Shown here: in pieces, positions 60,283 to 64,000 of the stretch
Position numbering within the stretch: the stretch's first letter is position 1
Layout: the number at the start of each line of letters is the position of its first letter
NCBI GenBank assembly: GCA_963666975.2
Contig: CAXVYR010000004.1
Coordinates: forward strand, 1,504,001 to 1,568,000
Length of the DNA stretch: 64,000 nucleotides
Direction of reading: 5' to 3'
Source: Terriglobia bacterium
GTDB taxonomy: Bacteria; Acidobacteriota; Terriglobia; 2-12-FULL-54-10
Notes under the pieces: model-generated
What the model was told of the DNA's origin: nothing
What the model saw: only the letters and a program-made list of their open reading frames with translations
Database searches by the model: none
Made by a program: the position numbers and the translations under genes

Positions 60283-60890
60283 TTAGATTCCTAGGTCCGA
60301 TCGCGCTGGAGACCGTTCGGGGCCAGAGGCAAGGACCGCAGGCGAATGCCGGTGGCGTTGCCGACCGACGGCGCCATGCCGACAATCCGGGGATGGATCG
60401 TTGCCGGATTGCGTTCCGGAATTCCGCAACGCCTCAGCCGCCTTGCGGATGGCGGCCACGATGCGGGGATAGGTCCCGCATCGGCAGATATTTCCCTGCA
60501 CGAAGCCGATGATCTCCGCGTCGCTCGGATTCTGCTTGCCGTTTAACAGGGCCACGCCGGAAAGAATCATCCCGGCGGTGCAGAATCCGCACTGCATAGC
60601 CTTCGTTTCGAGGAAGGCTTCCTGCAGGGGATGGAGCCGGCTATCCTGCTCGAGGCCTTCGATGGTGGTGATCTTCTTCCCCTCGGCGACGCTGACCGGA
60701 GTAATGCAAGAGCGCGCCGGCTGTCCGTTAATGAGCACCGTGCAGGCGCCGCACTGGCCCTCCCCGCAAGCATACTTGTGCTTCCGGTCAGGTCCAGATC
60801 GTCCCGCAGGACGCTGAGCAGATTTTTGGCGGAGTCAGTGTCGATGCGGTGGGTTGTTCCGTTCACATCCAGTCTATGAACCCTCGGCAT
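60283..60890 (-). pseudogene. CoxS/IorA-like (2Fe-2S) subunit, frameshifted near 60779
   Basis: LLSVLRDDLDLTG | KYACGEGQCGAC...QCGFC.AG...GNICRCG; the two parts are in different frames. Confidence 0.85.
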
Positions 60891-60961
60891 ACGTCCTCCT
60901 TCTCTGCTGTGAGGCAGGGCAGAAAAGCGGCTGGTGGATTGTTCCTCCCCTGCCGGAGATA

Positions 60962-61735
60962 TTATCTCACGATAATGACTTCTCGCAGGTTGTCCCGGAC
61001 CAGATAGAATTTGAGCGATGCGAACCGCCGGAACAAGTTCTCGATGGTGCGGTTGTGGAAGGTGCGGTGGAGTTTCCCGACGCCTCGTCCGGTGATGCGC
61101 AACGTATCCTCCGACTGGATACTGTACTGGTACAGGGGCACCTCATGGCCCGCCTGGCCGGTATGGAAAAAGGTGAGCAGGGTGCCGCCCGGCTTCAAAG
61201 AGCGATGGACTTTCTCGACCAGCGGTTTGACCAATGGGTCGGGGAGAAAGTCGAACAGATCCCAGCAGAGAACCCCGTCGAATTGGCCCTCCTCAAACTT
61301 CAGATTTTCCTGGAAGAAGCGGTCCGCTTCAGACGACTGCTCCTCCTCCGACGACTGCTCCGCCAGGACGAATTCTGCCGGAGCGGAATCCTGCAGGGTT
61401 CGGATTAAATCCTCGGTGTAGAGTTTGTGTCCCAGCCCTGTGATGAAACTCACGTTGGCTTGGGAGGCGGAGCCCAGGTCCAGGATATGGAGGCCTGAGG
61501 GGGATTGAATTTCCTTCCAAAATTCCTGCAGACCGTTGCTGTGACGAACGAGCGGGGCGGCAGAGGGGCGTTGCTCGGCCGGAAGGGATTTCGCTTCCTG
61601 TCCCAGCACGTGCCGCAGCAGCCGTTCAAGATTTTCGACAAAAGGTAAGGGCACGGGCCAGTTCGTTTGCGGGAAGACAACCCGATCCGGGAGATTACCA
61701 GCCATCCCTCTGGCGAGGGCCGCCCTCCGGAACAA
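60962..61735 (-). CDS. Class I SAM-dependent methyltransferase-like protein (start uncertain)
   Basis: ILDLG, FDGVLCWD, LKPGG. Confidence 0.7.
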   Translation of the reverse strand: MFRRAALARGMAGNLPDRVVFPQTNWPVPLPFVENLERLLRHVLGQEAKSLPAEQRPSAAPLVRHSNGLQEFWKEIQSPSGLHILDLGSASQANVSFITGLGHKLYTEDLIRTLQDSAPAEFVLAEQSSEEEQSSEADRFFQENLKFEEGQFDGVLCWDLFDFLPDPLVKPLVEKVHRSLKPGGTLLTFFHTGQAGHEVPLYQYSIQSEDTLRITGRGVGKLHRTFHNRTIENLFRRFASLKFYLVRDNLREVIIVR

Positions 61736-61778
61736 CCCAAACCGTGCTCCGGGTGACGGCGCTCAAGCGCTGCGCGGG

Positions 61779-62330
61779 CTAAAAAACCTGCTTGGACTCT
61801 ACAGGAACGCCGCCGGGATACTTGTTCACGGGGTCGCTGTTGCGCGGAGTTTCCGACTTCTTGAGCTGGGCGGGCTTGGCTGCCGTCTCCCCGCCTTTCT
61901 GAATGTCGATGCTGCCTTTGAAGTAAGCGCCGTCCTCAATGACAACCCGTGCTGCCACCAAATCTCCCCGCAACGAGCCGGATTTTTTGATTTCCACGCG
62001 GTCGGCGGCGAGAATGTCGCCCTTCACGGAGCCGAGGATGATCACTTCCTTGGCATTTACGTTGGCATGGACTTGTCCATTGGGCCCGACCGAAAGGTTA
62101 TGCTCCCGCAGCTCGATGGTCCCTTCGACCTGTCCGTCAATGAACAGGTCTTCGCTGCCGGAAAGCTCTCCCTTAATCAGGACCGATTTGCCTATATGCG
62201 CCATAATGCTTTTGGCAGTCTCATGCCCCATCTCCACTTTTTTTTCCTGAGGCAGGGTTGACACGCTCGTGACCTCCTTGTTCGGATTGACGACCGGATT
62301 GACACTCGACTCTTCCTTGCGCTTCCACAT
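61779..62330 (-). CDS. Bactofilin (polymer-forming cytoskeletal protein)
   Basis: IGKSVLIKGEL...DL.IDGQVEG.I...G.V.G.I...IEDGA.FKGSI beta-helix pattern. Confidence 0.92.
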   Translation of the reverse strand: MWKRKEESSVNPVVNPNKEVTSVSTLPQEKKVEMGHETAKSIMAHIGKSVLIKGELSGSEDLFIDGQVEGTIELREHNLSVGPNGQVHANVNAKEVIILGSVKGDILAADRVEIKKSGSLRGDLVAARVVIEDGAYFKGSIDIQKGGETAAKPAQLKKSETPRNSDPVNKYPGGVPVESKQVF

Positions 62331-62799
62331 GATCCATGCTCCTCGGGGGCCGGTTACCCCGTCTGAACTTGCTCTCTGCCCGGCCTTTCCATCTTCGCTC
62401 CAAGCCAGACGGCTGTCAGAAGAATAACGGAGAACGTTTCTGACTCGGTTCCAACCGCAGCTAGAACAAAGCCTTCAGACGTTACTATAGTACAGCGCCA
62501 TTGCCGTGTAAATTAAATCCGGCGACACGTACAGCCTTTTTCTGGAAAAGGTTTCCTCCGAGGCACTAGCGCTATTGGGGCACGCGCAAACGGACGGATT
62601 CGGTTCTGCTCTGGAAGCGGAGGGAAACCGCGCCCGGATCTGGAAACGGACCCACTACCCGTTGCGGGGAAGCACTTGTGGGGCCTTGGGGAAGGATGAT
62701 AAACTCATCCTGCCTGACGGACAGGCCGGAAGCTGACCGCAGTTCCTCCCGTTTTTCCGCGAACCGATGGAGCGGAGCCCCGAGCTTGGATGGATTACG

Positions 62800-63660
62800 A
62801 TGAAACTGCGCTTTTGGGGAGTACGCGGTTCCACTCCCACCCCCGGACGAGAGTATCTAAAGTACGGCGGGAACACCTCCTGCCTTGAGCTCCGGGCAAA
62901 CGGCAATATGATTTTGCTCGATGGCGGTTCCGGGCTCCGGGAATTGGGGAAGTCCTGGGTGCGGGAATTTTCCGGTAAGCCCTTGCAGGCCTTCATCTTC
63001 CTGACCCACTATCACTGGGACCACATCCAGGGCATCCCTTTCTTTGAACCACTCTACGATCCGGAGAATCGATTCCATTTCCACTGTTTCTCCACCGGAG
63101 GCGCAACCGTGCGCGAGGCCCTGGAGGGGCAGATGACCAATCCGTACTTCCCGGTCGACATGAATCAGATGAGGGCGCACCGTTCCTTCCGGAGGCTGGG
63201 CGAGGAGTCGCTCGAATTTCATGGCGTCCGCGTTACCGCCAAGCATCTGTTCCACCCGCAGGGATGCTTGGGATACCGCGTGGAGGCCAATTCCGAGGTG
63301 ATTGTATACGCCACCGACAATGAAGCGGGAGACCGTGCGGGTGACCGAAATATCCGGGAACTGGCTCAGGGCGCCGATGTGCTGATATATGACGCCCAGT
63401 ACACCCCCGAACAATACGACTCCCACCGCAAAGGTTGGGGGCATAGCACATGGCGCCATGGCGCCCAGATTGCCAAAGAATGCGGCGTGAAAGAGTTGAT
63501 TCTGTTCCACCATGACCCGGACCACAACGACAGTTTCCTGGATCAGGTGTTGCCGGAGGCTCAGGCGGCCTTTCCCTCCACGCGCATCTCCGCCGAGGGG
63601 ATGGAAATAGAAGTCTCCGCCGCCGACACGGAACGCATCCGGTACACGGTGAACAAGTAA
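62800..63660 (+). CDS. Metallo-beta-lactamase-fold hydrolase (RNase Z/phosphodiesterase-like)
   Basis: FWGVRGS.P, YGGNTSC, THYHWDHIQG.PFF, YATDNE, GWGHS, FHHDP. Confidence 0.9.
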   Translation: MKLRFWGVRGSTPTPGREYLKYGGNTSCLELRANGNMILLDGGSGLRELGKSWVREFSGKPLQAFIFLTHYHWDHIQGIPFFEPLYDPENRFHFHCFSTGGATVREALEGQMTNPYFPVDMNQMRAHRSFRRLGEESLEFHGVRVTAKHLFHPQGCLGYRVEANSEVIVYATDNEAGDRAGDRNIRELAQGADVLIYDAQYTPEQYDSHRKGWGHSTWRHGAQIAKECGVKELILFHHDPDHNDSFLDQVLPEAQAAFPSTRISAEGMEIEVSAADTERIRYTVNK

Positions 63661-63698
63661 CCGCCCGGGAATGGGTACGGAATCGCGTCACTGTTGAA

Positions 63699-63745
63699 CC
63701 TTCCGGTTGAGCATCCCGGTTGCGCCTTCCGGTTGAGCATCCCGG
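63699..63745 (+). repeat. Tandem 21-nt direct repeat
   Basis: ccttccggttgagcatcccgg occurs twice. Confidence 0.7.
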
Positions 63746-64000
63746 CGCGAATCCTCAACAAGAGAAAAGAGAGTTTCTTCCTGCTCCTTGCTACCCAATT
63801 ACAAGCTACCCAATTCCACGCTTCCCAATTCCATCCGTGGCATGGAGTAAAGCGGAAAGCTTGTTTTTAAGGCGACAAGACCTCCAGTTCGCAGTGGAAC
63901 TTTCTAATGAACCTGCCAATGAAACTGCCAATGGAACCTTCCTATGAACCATCGGGTGAAAAAGGATTGAAATTTTCTCCTGTTGGCAGTATATGCAACA

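Overview
A 64-kb stretch of bacterial chromosome, probably Acidobacteriota. That call rests on gene style: the IPT/TIG-tailed surface protein, the pilC-pilB-pilMNOP-like cluster and the REP-like repeats. The backbone is housekeeping: merR-tRNA-Pro-surE, lolA, a type IV pilus/T2SS-like operon, ribF, pilT/pilC, panBCD-pduO, mtnP, mce-meaB, menC, glnD-glnB-glnA plus a second divergent glutamine synthetase, lnt-prfB, rnj and bactofilin. The accessory layer is dense. (1) A probable island edge at a 5'-half tRNA-Pro(CGG) lies next to a Tat-exported DyP peroxidase, a copper-radical oxidase and a cytochrome c. (2) There are five IS elements or remnants. One is a 2.16-kb IS1595-family element carrying a RelE-type toxin and an unusual partner gene, inserted near codon 8 of a heme-c surface protein that is paired with a heme-c/DUF5777-like barrel. 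(3) An IS1016-like element replaces most of a pilB gene yet contains a garbled pilB fragment. (4) HicBA and MazEF toxin-antitoxin modules are present. Two noisy duplications and several frameshifts suggest some gene breaks are consensus/assembly artefacts. No CRISPR array or rRNA was seen. All family calls come from motif recognition by eye; no database search was run.
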